Source: Pavona decussata (Eukaryota). From it: a stretch of 64,000 nucleotides of DNA. Location: positions 372,001-436,000 of the forward strand of contig CDRNST010000114.1 of the NCBI GenBank assembly GCA_977016875.1. Direction: 5' to 3'. Below the pieces are notes generated by a model. The model worked only from the letters and a program-made list of their open reading frames with translations. It was not told the origin of the DNA and did no database searches. Positions 63,190 through 64,000 of the stretch are shown here, in pieces (the first letter of the stretch is position 1; each line of letters starts with the position of its first letter). Position numbers and translations under genes: made by a program.

Positions 63190-63719
63190 TACGGTCGAAG
63201 CTCTCCTTGCGACCACTCTCGTAAGCGACCAGCTCTAGTTACGACCACCATTGTGAAACCCTGTTTAAATTGTCTCTTAAACTCCAAAAGCTTTCGTAAG
63301 CCGGCGACCGCTTTCATAAGCGACTGCGACCGCGAGCACTTTTGGGAATTACCAATTGGTCTTTTGTTTTTAAGCTCTCGTAAGCGACCACTCAAAGATT
63401 CTGAAATGTATTACGGCAACTTTTTAAATAAAAGTATACACTTTGTGATCACATTTACTGTAGTATAGCACTGCCTAATAATGTTCGTAGATAAACATCT
63501 CGAATCTAAAATTCAAGATGATTTACGGTGGCTAGATCAAGAGTGTTACCCTGAGACCAAAGTAGAAAGTTTTATGCTAAAATGCTCTGGTAAGTGACCA
63601 GTTTCTTTTGTTTCAGCTTTTGCTCAGCTCACGAGAGTGCATTCTCGTAAGCAGCCAGCTCTAGTTACGACCACTTTTTCCAATTCCCGAGGTGGTCTCT
63701 TACGAGAGCTTCGACTGTA
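63190..63719. mobile_element. Tc1/mariner-pogo-like MITE
   Basis: TACGGTCGAAGCTCTC / GAGAGCTTCGACTGTA ends with TA at both termini; internal CTCTCGTAAGCGACCA repeats. Confidence 0.85.
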
Positions 63720-64000
63720 TTTACTATTTACGTTGTATCCTCTCAGAGTGTTTAAAAAACCGAAAAAAAAAAACCCCTCCGAAATGTGTCAAGAAATCAT
63801 CCGAAAGTTCTTTGTCCAAAGTTTATGGCTTGGAAATTAATGAACGTTTTCGTAGTTAAACTAAAAGTACATGTGGTTGTAAGCTTTTTAGTATAAGTTT
63901 GGGTTTAACGATTCCTGGAATTTAGTCTGCTAAATATATATGAAATCAAGCCAGTCTTATCAGGGGGGAATATTTACGGGCTGTAAACACTGACGGGGTT

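Overview
This is AT-rich, repeat-dense eukaryotic DNA with spliceosomal GT-AG introns. The MITE/SINE repertoire and the GPCR type suggest a cnidarian, probably a scleractinian coral (inferred from remembered repeat families, not searched). Four protein-coding genes are supported. Three encode large, mostly low-complexity or disordered proteins with no domain I recognise: gene A (minus, ~1463-7533, 5 coding exons, ~1076 aa), gene B (minus, 18360-30014, ~1407 aa, with an in-frame 624-bp internal duplication) and gene C (plus, 58433-61450, ~614 aa). The fourth is an intronless class A GPCR (minus, 12129-13064) with several altered activation motifs. The main observation is that A, B and C share short motifs in the same order: an N-terminal PSAL/STVG-SSP segment after a phase-1 intron, a Cys/His + KRxR/K motif, a gapless 39-aa helical module, and in B and C an LPRIVAV motif. 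They therefore look like a deeply diverged clustered gene family, possibly nuclear scaffolds or repressors. Non-coding features include a minimal hammerhead-ribozyme motif in an intron of gene A, RTE/CR1/L2 LINE fragments, two tRNA-derived SINEs, many partly nested MITEs, a 76-bp tandem array, microsatellites and a 150-N gap. There is no CRISPR array, rRNA or credible tRNA gene. All exon models come from splice consensus plus reading-frame continuity only.
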